A DNA stretch of 64,000 nt from an uncultured Gammaproteobacteria bacterium (GCA_964638415.1 CAZWYP010000006.1:2244-66243); one strand, 5' to 3'. Numbered from the stretch's first letter, positions 39,791-48,187 are shown. Notes: generated by a model not told the origin, from the letters alone. Numbers and translations: made by a program.

Positions 39791-40225
39791 ATGACTAGTT
39801 TAGGCCAATTTACCTGCCTTAATCCCCACTGTCCTGATCACCAAAAACCAGAACAAGGAAACATAACTTTATACACCTTTTACAGCCGGAAGCGAGTCCG
39901 CTTGTTACTCTGCCGTACTTGCGGCAAAACCTTCAGTGAACTGAAAGGGACGCCATTCTGGGGCACTAGACTGGATTGGAATACAATCGTTATCATTTAC
40001 CGTGGACTATTGTCTGGTGGGACCATTCGCGGCACAGCTAGAGACTACAATTTCTCCAAAAATACCATCAAGCGCTACCTAGATCTGCTTAATGACAATT
40101 TTCCTGCTGTGGAGAAATTACTAATTGACCAGCAGGTGATCTTACCTGGACAGCAGCAAATGCTCCTAGATCTAAAAAAACGCTTTCCTAGAACTGTTAA
40201 ATTAGCAGGCAAAAAAGCTCACTAG
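39791..40225 (+). CDS. IS1 InsA-like Zn-ribbon + HTH protein without transposase catalytic domain
   Basis: CLNPHC...GNI...CRTCGKTFSE.KGTPF, then HTH G.TIRGTARDYNFSKNTIKRY; no DDE ORF follows. Confidence 0.7.
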   Translation: MTSLGQFTCLNPHCPDHQKPEQGNITLYTFYSRKRVRLLLCRTCGKTFSELKGTPFWGTRLDWNTIVIIYRGLLSGGTIRGTARDYNFSKNTIKRYLDLLNDNFPAVEKLLIDQQVILPGQQQMLLDLKKRFPRTVKLAGKKAH

Positions 40226-40245
40226 AACAGTGCTAATGGAAATAA

Positions 40246-40275
40246 AAAACCCTGAACCAATTTGGACAGGGTTTT
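40246..40275. terminator. Bidirectional terminator
   Basis: AAAACCCTG-aaCCAAtTTGGa-CAGGGTTTT between the InsA-like gene and the Cys-rich ORF. Confidence 0.8.
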
Positions 40276-40285
40276 CTTCTTTTAT

Positions 40286-40423
40286 TTAAGAGCAGCAGTC
40301 GCATCCATCGGCACAATTACAGCCTTCGCCGGAACAATTGCAGTCATTTTTACCGCAATTGCAACCCATTGAATCGCTGCAAGTACATGGATCATTGCCG
40401 CAATTTGGACAAACATCTCCCAT
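40286..40423 (-). CDS. Metallothionein-like cysteine-rich peptide (45 aa, not in ORF track)
   Basis: Translated by hand: MGDVCPNCGNDPCTCSDSMGCNCGKNDCNCSGEGCNCADGCDCCS; 13 Cys, no aromatic residues; starts 31 nt after the OLD gene stop and ends just before a terminator. Confidence 0.8.
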   Translation of the reverse strand: MGDVCPNCGNDPCTCSDSMGCNCGKNDCNCSGEGCNCADGCDCCS

Positions 40424-40454
40424 GATTTGCAAATTAATAATTAACTATTTGTTA

Positions 40455-41789
40455 TTATAGACTATTAATAATTTCCCGCAAGGGCTGCATTAAACTGGAA
40501 GAGAATTCTCTATCAGTAATAGCCGATGAGGCCACAATAGCGTTATGTGGTTTATGCTTATCTCTCTGATATTTCCTGGGATAATGCGCTTCAATAGCAC
40601 CATTAGGTAAAACAAAAATATGATTGAGTTTCAATTCTTCAATTAACTGATCTGCATTATTGCTCTTTGGTCTAATCTTTAAATAATTTAAAATATTATT
40701 CAGCTGCCAACCAACTGCATCCCTATCCATGACAATTAAAAATCTGATGTTGAAAATCTTGAGTAATTCAATAAACAGCATCATATTCCCTTTGCCGTGG
40801 GTTTGCACCACCTTTATCTCCTGATCACCGCCATAATAACGATCAATTAAGCCGCGTAATAGGATTCTATCCGATACTCCTTCCACCAAAACTACGGTAT
40901 CGGCAAAAAACATTTCCAAATTATCCGCATCTAATTCCTGGATTAAGCGCTGGCCAAAATAATGACGTTTGGTCAAAGACAAACCAAAAGCTTCCGTACT
41001 CTTTTCGCTTTTTACCACTCTAATTACCTGCGGCAAGGTAATAGCTTTAATAAATAATGGAGAATGGGTAGTGAAGAATATCTGAGCACCACTGCTATTC
41101 TGCATCGCCCACAATAATTTCTTGATTAAAATAGGATGCAAATGAGTTTCTGGTTCGTCAATAATCACCAATTGGTATTCTGGATGGAAGATATAAAGCA
41201 AGATGGTAAAAACCCGGCGGAAGCCGGAACCTAGACGATCTAAGGTGACTTTCCTATCTGCTTCCTGCAGACCAGTTGTCTCATAATTAATATCTAGGGC
41301 ATTCTTGCCAGTAACTATCTTGGGAAAATGTTTAGCTAGATTCTGCTGAAACTCAGCCAAACTCTCCGGATATTTTCGCAGACTCTGCCAATCTTTCTTA
41401 ATCTGATCTAAATTATGAAAATCATTAGAAGTAAGGTGCTTAACTGTCTTTGCTAAATAATTAGCTAATTTTCCTTGGTAAGGCAATACTTTATTGCCAA
41501 AAATTAACTGCCGTTGCTTATTTTTTAACTGTAATAGGCCTTGGCTTAAAGGTAAATTAAATTGTTTCTGCTCTTCTTTGCTAAAATTCAACGCAATTTC
41601 AATATCTGCCTTGGGATAATCTAAAGCCTCACTGGTATCTTTCTTATTAAAAGCATAATCTATAGCATAAAGAATATTACTTTTGCCACAGTTGTTCTGA
41701 CCGATCAAAATACTAATCGGTAAACCAGTCAGTAAAATAGGCTTCTTGATGCTTTTGTAATAATTTATTTTTAGCTTGGCAATGCGCAT
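40455..41789 (-). CDS. OLD-family ATP-dependent nuclease (ABC ATPase + TOPRIM)
   Basis: YKSI, Walker A GQNNCGKS, signature LGSG, Walker B IIDEPETHLHP, H-loop TTHSP, TOPRIM VVLVEGVSD and DRD. Confidence 0.88.
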   Translation of the reverse strand: MRIAKLKINYYKSIKKPILLTGLPISILIGQNNCGKSNILYAIDYAFNKKDTSEALDYPKADIEIALNFSKEEQKQFNLPLSQGLLQLKNKQRQLIFGNKVLPYQGKLANYLAKTVKHLTSNDFHNLDQIKKDWQSLRKYPESLAEFQQNLAKHFPKIVTGKNALDINYETTGLQEADRKVTLDRLGSGFRRVFTILLYIFHPEYQLVIIDEPETHLHPILIKKLLWAMQNSSGAQIFFTTHSPLFIKAITLPQVIRVVKSEKSTEAFGLSLTKRHYFGQRLIQELDADNLEMFFADTVVLVEGVSDRILLRGLIDRYYGGDQEIKVVQTHGKGNMMLFIELLKIFNIRFLIVMDRDAVGWQLNNILNYLKIRPKSNNADQLIEELKLNHIFVLPNGAIEAHYPRKYQRDKHKPHNAIVASSAITDREFSSSLMQPLREIINSL

Positions 41790-43123
41790 TATAGCAATTG
41801 GATATCCTCTATTTCCCTGACCTTGTTATGCAAAACAATATTTTCAATGTGATAAGTTCCCATTTTCGGAGCATCTAAATATCCTTGCATAGCAGCTTCT
41901 GCCAGCCAGCCGGAATTCAGCCAGTCAAACAACCACTCATTGACATATTTGACATCCGGGGCATCAATGCCCGCTCCCAGAGCCAATAACCAATCCCGGT
42001 TATAAAACTCCTGAGAACCTACCGGTGGAGTCATTAAAATAGGAATGCCCAAGCCGCTGTAAAAAGTAAGTTCCGAGGGCTTGGTCCACAGAATATCCGT
42101 TGCTCTTAAGGCTTTGTTGAATAATTTAAAATAGTTCTGCTTGTCTTCAGAAAAGATAATATCAATATTTCTACAATCATTAAGCCGGCAGTCTTTAATG
42201 GCCTTTTGGAAAAAAACATAAACATCATTTCTGGCACCCGCTACTAAATTTAAATGAATTTGCCCAGTCTTAATTTGTCTATGCAATAAATGGGCAATTT
42301 CTGCGCCAATCTCTCTTTGCGCGCCAGCTCCACCCACCGCAAAAGTAATAGTCAATGGACGATTAGGCTTTTTAATGTTGCGAATCGGGCAAAGATAGTC
42401 TTCTAATAATTTTGAGTACTTATGCCGGTAAATTCCTTTGGGATCCAGCATAGCCAAGCGATCTTTTAAATCGCTTTTTAAAATCTTCTGATCCAAGCCT
42501 CCAATGTTCTCCTTAGGCAAAGGAAAGCCAGTGACATAAATATTCTGGGCTTTCACGCCGTACAATAAAAGGCGTTCTCTCACCCGCTTATTGGGAGCTA
42601 AATAGATAATTCTGCTTCTTTTTGGCTCCATTGGCGCCCAGGCTCTGGCGACATCGGCATCGGTAACTACTAGATAAATCTTTTCCGGATAATTATTGTA
42701 TTCTGCTACATAGGCCGGAACAAAAAAAGTAGTCACCATAGGCAATGGTTTTTTGCGCAAAATGTCTATTAAATTCTTGCCCATGCCCCGCTTAATCTTG
42801 CGGTAAAAGAATTTAAGCTGGGAATAAGGCTTAGATAAATCGCGCCGAGGATAAAACGGCTCAATCCTCTGGAAATAGTCCATTAAACGAAAAACCCATG
42901 GGCCGATGATCGGCACATCCTTAAAACGTGAAATCAATTCGTACAAAGTCCGGCTTTCATTCCATTCATACTGCTCGCGGCGAGAAATTCCCTGGTAGAA
43001 ATTAGCATTGATTACCCCATTGGGGCTTGAGCCAGCTAAGGGATGAGCGGCTCGCTGATGGCCATAGCCCATATCCACGGCAACGACATACATTTTATTT
43101 TGTTTTGGTGTTGGCTTGTCCAT
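41789..43123 (-). CDS. GT-B glycosyltransferase-like protein (MGDG synthase/UgtP/MurG-related)
   Basis: DMGYGHQRAA, VVTDAD...W, VTGFPL, GGAG, TKPSEL...LGIP.L...PVGSQE..N; TAATG 1-nt overlap with the OLD gene. Confidence 0.72.
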   Translation of the reverse strand: MDKPTPKQNKMYVVAVDMGYGHQRAAHPLAGSSPNGVINANFYQGISRREQYEWNESRTLYELISRFKDVPIIGPWVFRLMDYFQRIEPFYPRRDLSKPYSQLKFFYRKIKRGMGKNLIDILRKKPLPMVTTFFVPAYVAEYNNYPEKIYLVVTDADVARAWAPMEPKRSRIIYLAPNKRVRERLLLYGVKAQNIYVTGFPLPKENIGGLDQKILKSDLKDRLAMLDPKGIYRHKYSKLLEDYLCPIRNIKKPNRPLTITFAVGGAGAQREIGAEIAHLLHRQIKTGQIHLNLVAGARNDVYVFFQKAIKDCRLNDCRNIDIIFSEDKQNYFKLFNKALRATDILWTKPSELTFYSGLGIPILMTPPVGSQEFYNRDWLLALGAGIDAPDVKYVNEWLFDWLNSGWLAEAAMQGYLDAPKMGTYHIENIVLHNKVREIEDIQLL

Positions 43124-43128
43124 TATAA

Positions 43129-43206
43129 CTAATATCGCAAGCTGATAATATTCTTGCCGGATTTTTTCCGATGCTTTTTCAAAGCTTGTTTGCGCTTCTT
43201 ATTCAT
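43129..43206 (-). CDS. 25-aa highly basic peptide (not in ORF track)
   Basis: MNKKRKQALKKHRKKSGKNIISLRY; lies between a TGTTATAAT box (43249-43241) and the GT gene, ending 5 nt before its ATG. Confidence 0.5.
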   Translation of the reverse strand: MNKKRKQALKKHRKKSGKNIISLRY

Positions 43207-43257
43207 CTTAAAAAATCTATTAACTAATTATATTAAGTATATTATAACACAAACTAG

Positions 43258-43431
43258 CTACTTCTTAGAAGTCAGGCGTAAATATATTCCTAATAGCAAA
43301 AGAAAATAAAACCAGTATTCTAAGTTAATAAATCGCTGCACTGAGCCGGATGATGATAATTCCCAGACTACTAATAGCAACCAAACTGCCAAAGCAATAA
43401 CAAATAATTCTTTAATCAGCTTTCTAATCAT
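43258..43431 (-). CDS. 57-aa two-TM membrane protein (not in ORF track)
   Basis: MIRKLIKELFVIALAVWLLLVVWELSSSGSVQRFINLEYWFYFLLLLGIYLRLTSKK; ATGA overlap with the upstream stop. Confidence 0.7.
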   Translation of the reverse strand: MIRKLIKELFVIALAVWLLLVVWELSSSGSVQRFINLEYWFYFLLLLGIYLRLTSKK

Positions 43432-43925
43432 CGCTTAAGAATTAATTTTAAATCATTGAAAGTAATACTGCCGGGATCCATTAAATCCGGAAAAGAGAAG
43501 ATAATCTGCAGTTTATTATTATTAATAGCTGCTGAAGATAAGTCAAAGCCTGTTGTAAACTCTCCCTTAGCAAGTTCCTGCCATTGCCAGCTGCCGTCTG
43601 ACTGCTTAAGGCCAATATCTGCCCTAACGGGTGAAGAAATATTTCCCACTATCGACAGCTTGCTATAGCCATCGGGAATATAAGCCTGTAGATACAAGGG
43701 TTCAGCTAAAACTGCTAACTGCTTATTGGCTGGCAGAAAATTAGTGCGATTTAATGGATAAAGTCCAAAAACATCCCTAGTTAAACCGTCTTTAAAATCC
43801 ACTGAATAAGTAAGTTCTTGAGATAAAACAAAATTATTCTGCACTAAATAACCAAATAAGATTATTGAAATTAACAACAGAAAATATCGCCAACCTAAAA
43901 TAATTTTTTCCTGATTTAATAACAT
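43428..43925 (-). CDS. Hypothetical membrane-anchored protein with beta-rich extracytoplasmic domain
   Basis: One N-terminal TM; extended -10 box 6 nt upstream of ATG. Confidence 0.7.
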   Translation of the reverse strand: MLLNQEKIILGWRYFLLLISIILFGYLVQNNFVLSQELTYSVDFKDGLTRDVFGLYPLNRTNFLPANKQLAVLAEPLYLQAYIPDGYSKLSIVGNISSPVRADIGLKQSDGSWQWQELAKGEFTTGFDLSSAAINNNKLQIIFSFPDLMDPGSITFNDLKLILKR

Positions 43926-43931
43926 GGCTTT

Positions 43932-43963
43932 ATTTTAACAAAAAAGGCGAATTATGTTAAACT
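43932..43963. promoter_or_regulatory. Back-to-back extended -10 promoters, probably leaderless
   Basis: Minus strand TGT-TAAAAT, 6 nt, ATG (43925); plus strand TGT-TAAACT, 7 nt, ATG (43971). Confidence 0.65.
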
Positions 43964-43970
43964 ATAGCCG

Positions 43971-46091
43971 ATGATTACTTTTGGTAAAATCCAGCATTTA
44001 GCTATTCAAAGCGGAACAATATTAGTCTTGGCAGCTAATTGGCAATGGTGGCATTCTCCGCTAGTCGGCATTTTGGCCGGTTTTTTTTATTTATTCTTCA
44101 ATAGCAAGAAATTAGGCGATATCTTTTTTGACAAAGCCCGACCCAGCTTTAAAAATATCTTGGGCTTATTGACTATTATTATCTACTTAAGCCTACTCTA
44201 TACCACTGCTTATCATTTCTACCAAATCAATGACTTAATTTTCTGGGTAGCTTTGCTTTCCATACCTTTAGCGGTAGAAATTATTTCTCGCAGCTTGAAC
44301 CGGGAGCATTATTATTTTACCGAATTGGATATCCCTAATATCCGCTTGGCTAATATTAAAAACTTAATCCTTCCTCTTATTATCCTAATTTTAGATGGTT
44401 TAACTTTCTGGCTGCTGTTTCGCCGAGCAACAGTGGAAGTTTTACGCTCCCCTTGGGAGATATTAGATGCTAAATTCTGGCTATTATTAATTGTCAGCAC
44501 AATCTTGCTGGTAATTTTTATTCTGCACAGCCAGCAAGCTAATAAGCCATTATTTCTAATGGCTGTCCACTTCCTATTATTCTCCAGCATTGCTTTAATC
44601 CTCTATCCTTTGGGCTTTGGCTATGATCCGTTTATCCACCAGGCTAATATGAAAATAATCGCCGAAACCGGAACTTTAAATCCTCGACTCTTCCTGTACA
44701 TCGGACAATATGGGCAGATATTCTTCTTAAGCGATTTATGGCAAATTTCTTTGAATACTATCAATAAGCTATTCATGCCTTTTGCTTTCAGCTTATTCTG
44801 GCCTTATACCCTTTATTACGGCCTGCGCTATGGCTTGAACTGGCCGCGCAGAATGAGCATGATCTGCATTTTAGCCAGCTTACTGGTTGGTTTTAATTTT
44901 GCCATCATGTCCACTCCGCAAAATCTGACTTTTCTGCTGTTTGCTATCTTCATTTTCCTGATTCCAGTTATTCGCAAGGGAAGCATCAGTCTTTATTTCG
45001 GATTAAGTTTAAGCTTAGCCGCTTTAACTATTCATCCTTTAGGCGGTATCCCCCTGCTTTATTCCGTAGTATTGCTGATGATAACCAAATCCGAATTTTC
45101 TAAGCTATGGAAAAGTATTTTATACTACTTATCTTTACTAGGTGCAGCTATTAGCTTACCCCTGCTGTTAGCGCTCTACCAGCGCTTAGCTGGCCGCTCT
45201 TGGCAAGCTATTCTAACTTGGCATCCTTGGCCACTAATTGATTTCCCGCCTTTACAATTCTACTCTGCTTATTCCTGGCCTTTGGACATGCTGCACAATC
45301 TTTGGGATAATCGCTTCTGGCTATTCTTCCTGCTACTTACTATTGGCCTGGTGTTGATTATTAAAAAAAACAAGGTTTTATTCTTCAAAAGGCATTTAAC
45401 TATTCTAGGTCTATTAATCTCTAATTATTTACTAGCGAGATTATTTATCTCCTTTGACACGCAAATCGCCTATGAGCAGACTGCCTATCTGTTGCGCATT
45501 ACTTATTTAATTAGCCTGACTGCTTTGCCAATAATCCTCACTGCTTTTTACTTCTGGTGGCGCCCCTATACGGAAAAAAATAATTTCACTTGGTACAAGC
45601 TCTGGCTAACTGTCCTCACCAGCTTATTATTATTCGTCAGCCTGTATTTCAGCTATCCAGTCTATGACCGCTATACCAACAGCAAAAGCTTCAATGTCAC
45701 CGCTGCTGATCTGGAAACTGTGACCACCATTGAACAGACTGCGGGCAACCAGCCGTATATTGTCCTAGCTAACCAAATGGTGGGAGCAGCCGCTATTAAC
45801 ACCTATGGCTTTGCCCATTATTACCCAGCGGGCAGCCATGATAATTTCTATTATTCCATGCCTTTGGGCATTGACAATATTTACCAAAACTTCCTTAATA
45901 TGATAGAAGCCAAAGCTGACCGAGCTGAAGCTTTAGCCGCGATGGATAAAGCTGAAGTAGACAGACTATATTTCGTGGTCAATAATTACTGGCATTCAGC
46001 TAAAACCGCCATTAGCCAAGCTAAGACAACTGCTGATGAATACTTTACTGTCAGCGGAGAAAAAAATTACGTTTTTGTCTATTACCGCTAA
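43971..46091 (+). CDS. Large polytopic membrane protein, possible GT-C glycosyltransferase
   Basis: Many TM segments; loop motif GYDPFIH, HPL, C-terminal soluble domain ending YFVVNNYW...YVFVY. Confidence 0.6.
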   Translation: MITFGKIQHLAIQSGTILVLAANWQWWHSPLVGILAGFFYLFFNSKKLGDIFFDKARPSFKNILGLLTIIIYLSLLYTTAYHFYQINDLIFWVALLSIPLAVEIISRSLNREHYYFTELDIPNIRLANIKNLILPLIILILDGLTFWLLFRRATVEVLRSPWEILDAKFWLLLIVSTILLVIFILHSQQANKPLFLMAVHFLLFSSIALILYPLGFGYDPFIHQANMKIIAETGTLNPRLFLYIGQYGQIFFLSDLWQISLNTINKLFMPFAFSLFWPYTLYYGLRYGLNWPRRMSMICILASLLVGFNFAIMSTPQNLTFLLFAIFIFLIPVIRKGSISLYFGLSLSLAALTIHPLGGIPLLYSVVLLMITKSEFSKLWKSILYYLSLLGAAISLPLLLALYQRLAGRSWQAILTWHPWPLIDFPPLQFYSAYSWPLDMLHNLWDNRFWLFFLLLTIGLVLIIKKNKVLFFKRHLTILGLLISNYLLARLFISFDTQIAYEQTAYLLRITYLISLTALPIILTAFYFWWRPYTEKNNFTWYKLWLTVLTSLLLFVSLYFSYPVYDRYTNSKSFNVTAADLETVTTIEQTAGNQPYIVLANQMVGAAAINTYGFAHYYPAGSHDNFYYSMPLGIDNIYQNFLNMIEAKADRAEALAAMDKAEVDRLYFVVNNYWHSAKTAISQAKTTADEYFTVSGEKNYVFVYYR

Positions 46092-46098
46092 ACAAAAA

Positions 46099-46129
46099 AA
46101 ATAACCCTGCACTTAGTGCAGGGTTATTT
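46099..46129. terminator. Bidirectional terminator
   Basis: Perfect inverted repeat AAATAACCCTGCAC-tta-GTGCAGGGTTATTT between convergent genes. Confidence 0.88.
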
Positions 46130-46141
46130 AATTTAACAGAA

Positions 46142-46423
46142 TTACAATACGGCTTCTTTAGCAGCCTTAGCAATGCGGAATTTGCAAACAGTCTTGGCTG
46201 GAATAGTAATCGTAGCGCCAGTGGCTGGATTGCGTCCCTGTCGGGCCTTGCGGTGCATTTTAACTAACTTACCAATGCCAGGCACGGTAAATTCACCATT
46301 TGATTTGACTTCTTTGTAAGCCAATTCAGTCATGAAGTCCAAAACAGTTTGGACATCCTTCTTGCTCAAACCTGACTTTTCAGCCAAGGTAGAGAGCACT
46401 TGAGTTTTGCTCATTTTAGCCAT
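46142..46423 (-). CDS. hup: HU family DNA-binding protein
   Basis: MSKTQV...LAEKSGLSKK, GIGK, RKARQGRNPATG.TI.IPAK...KF. Confidence 0.95.
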   Translation of the reverse strand: MAKMSKTQVLSTLAEKSGLSKKDVQTVLDFMTELAYKEVKSNGEFTVPGIGKLVKMHRKARQGRNPATGATITIPAKTVCKFRIAKAAKEAVL

Positions 46424-46486
46424 ATTTTTGACTTTTTAGTTAATTAATTATTTATTTTATCTAACTTCACTACTGCTAATTTATCT

Positions 46487-46495
46487 TGTGGATAA
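46487..46495 (-). promoter_or_regulatory. Single consensus DnaA box upstream of hup
   Basis: TGTGGATAA on plus = TTATCCACA on minus, in the intergenic region. Confidence 0.45.
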
Positions 46496-46613
46496 GTCAG
46501 AGTATGGAAATTACTTAGGAATATTAGCATATTTTAAAAAGTTTGTGAATATTTAACCAATGTTTTCGGGGTTTTTTAATACATAGATAAAAAAATATGT
46601 CAAATGTTTAAAG

Positions 46614-46643
46614 AAAAAACAAGCCGAATTTGGCTTGTTTTTC
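46614..46643 (-). terminator. Intrinsic terminator
   Basis: AAAAACAAGCCGA-att-TTGGCTTGTTTTT-type hairpin next to the stop codon of the FN3 gene. Confidence 0.78.
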
Positions 46644-46645
46644 GC

Positions 46646-48187
46646 TTATTGCAGATTAGCGCCAGTCGGATAATTCAGTAAATGAGTCTGGTTAACTTCC
46701 ACAATATCTGACCAATTATATCCGCGATCTAAGAAAGATTGAGTAGAGATAATCGGTCTTTTAGTGTTGTTTTCCAATAGATAAACAGTTTTATCTCCTA
46801 TTCCCTTAATTAATTTAACATCCTGGTAGCTATCTAAATCCAGTTTGTCTATAGTGACAATCTGGCTCCAGCTATTCTGCGGATAAGAAGTAAATACCTT
46901 GGCATTAGGAATAGCTAATTTAATAAACTGGTCATTAGCTTTTTTATATAGATAATATACCGTAGCATTATCTGGAGATTTAACTAATTTAACATCCGGC
47001 AGATTATTTACTTGATTTGAGCTGGCAATCTTTACACTAGACCAGCTGTAGCCATTGCGCTGGAAAATATTAGGATTTTTAACATAGTGCTTGCGGCCAT
47101 TTAATAAAGCATATAACTTATCTCCTACTTTGTAGATAACAGAGGGTGCTGTCTTATTGGCACGGTTAGCTGCCAAACTGACATTCTGGCCAGCAGAAAC
47201 AGGCAAGGCCTGGGTAGTAAAGCTTTTAATTTCCGACTTAGCGCTTTTGCCAAAAACATCCTTAGTTTCTACCTGGTAATAATACTGGGTTTCCGGTTTT
47301 AAGCCGGTAATTTCAATGCGGTGATCGAAGCTTTTCAAAGAGTCCTTAATGCTGACTTTCTTTTTCAGCTTATCCGCACTAGTGCCATAACGCACTAAAG
47401 CGCTGGCTAACTTATTACTCTGCCAGGTAATAACTGCGCTGCGGTTGGTAATGCCGGCATCTTTAGAGCTAACTGGCCTAATATTGTAATTAGCTAAAGT
47501 TTCCCTGTCGGCATTATCCGTAATTAAGGTGCGAAAAGTAATATCCTGGCCAACTTGCTTATTACCATCCTTATCTTTAACTTCTACCTTGAAGTGATAC
47601 AAAGTGCCGGGAGATAATTTAGTCAAAGTTACTTCCTGCCATAGGCGGCGGGACTTAACTGAAACTTTCTTGCCGTATTCAATGGTTTTACCATAATACA
47701 CAATGCCGGAAGTTAATTCACTGGTCTGCCACTGGATAGTAGCCACGGTACCAGCCACATAAGGAATATTAATAACTTCAATGTCTGGAATGACATTATC
47801 GTCAATATCATCGGTATTAAATACCTGGTCAAAAGAAGATACTTCCTGATCCGCGGTATAAGCTACTATGCGGAAGTGGTAGTCTTCATCGGCTAATAAG
47901 CCGAATAAATTAATCTCATGATTAGTCCGGGGATTTATTTGAGCAGTAACCTGGCGGCCATATTCATTAGTTAAGCCATATTCAATACGCCCATTAGCGG
48001 GAATATTGGTATACCACTTAATCATGACCTTTTCCTGGCTAACTTCAACTTCAATATTGCTAATCTCCAATTCGCCATAAGCAGAAGCTGGATAGGCTAA
48101 TCCTAAACCAAAACTGAATAGAGCCAGCTTGGTAATTAAGCTCAATATTGTTAATTTTTGGCTAAAATTAGATATTTTCTGCCACAT
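46646..48187 (-). CDS. Secreted protein with three FN3-like domains and C-terminal repeats
   Basis: Three repeats of I.W.T/S......V/I.YG...H.V.L..L...T.YHF.V; signal peptide from ATG 48187; C-terminal VKL(V/I)K.....VY(Y/L)L repeats. Confidence 0.82.
   Translation of the reverse strand: MWQKISNFSQKLTILSLITKLALFSFGLGLAYPASAYGELEISNIEVEVSQEKVMIKWYTNIPANGRIEYGLTNEYGRQVTAQINPRTNHEINLFGLLADEDYHFRIVAYTADQEVSSFDQVFNTDDIDDNVIPDIEVINIPYVAGTVATIQWQTSELTSGIVYYGKTIEYGKKVSVKSRRLWQEVTLTKLSPGTLYHFKVEVKDKDGNKQVGQDITFRTLITDNADRETLANYNIRPVSSKDAGITNRSAVITWQSNKLASALVRYGTSADKLKKKVSIKDSLKSFDHRIEITGLKPETQYYYQVETKDVFGKSAKSEIKSFTTQALPVSAGQNVSLAANRANKTAPSVIYKVGDKLYALLNGRKHYVKNPNIFQRNGYSWSSVKIASSNQVNNLPDVKLVKSPDNATVYYLYKKANDQFIKLAIPNAKVFTSYPQNSWSQIVTIDKLDLDSYQDVKLIKGIGDKTVYLLENNTKRPIISTQSFLDRGYNWSDIVEVNQTHLLNYPTGANLQ

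Noticed and set aside
39700-40280. Complete IS1 element
   Set aside because: No DDE/InsB ORF, and no terminal inverted repeats or target duplication recognised.
40286-40423. GCAATT/ACAATT-rich stretch as a DGR template repeat or CRISPR remnant
   Set aside because: No similarity to the FISUMP 3' region; the periodicity is explained by Cys-Asn-Cys codons on the minus strand.
40455-41789. Gabija or retron system
   Set aside because: No UvrD-like helicase or reverse transcriptase in the window.
46424-46640. Replication origin
   Set aside because: Only one DnaA box, no dnaA/dnaN nearby, and gene orientation does not switch.
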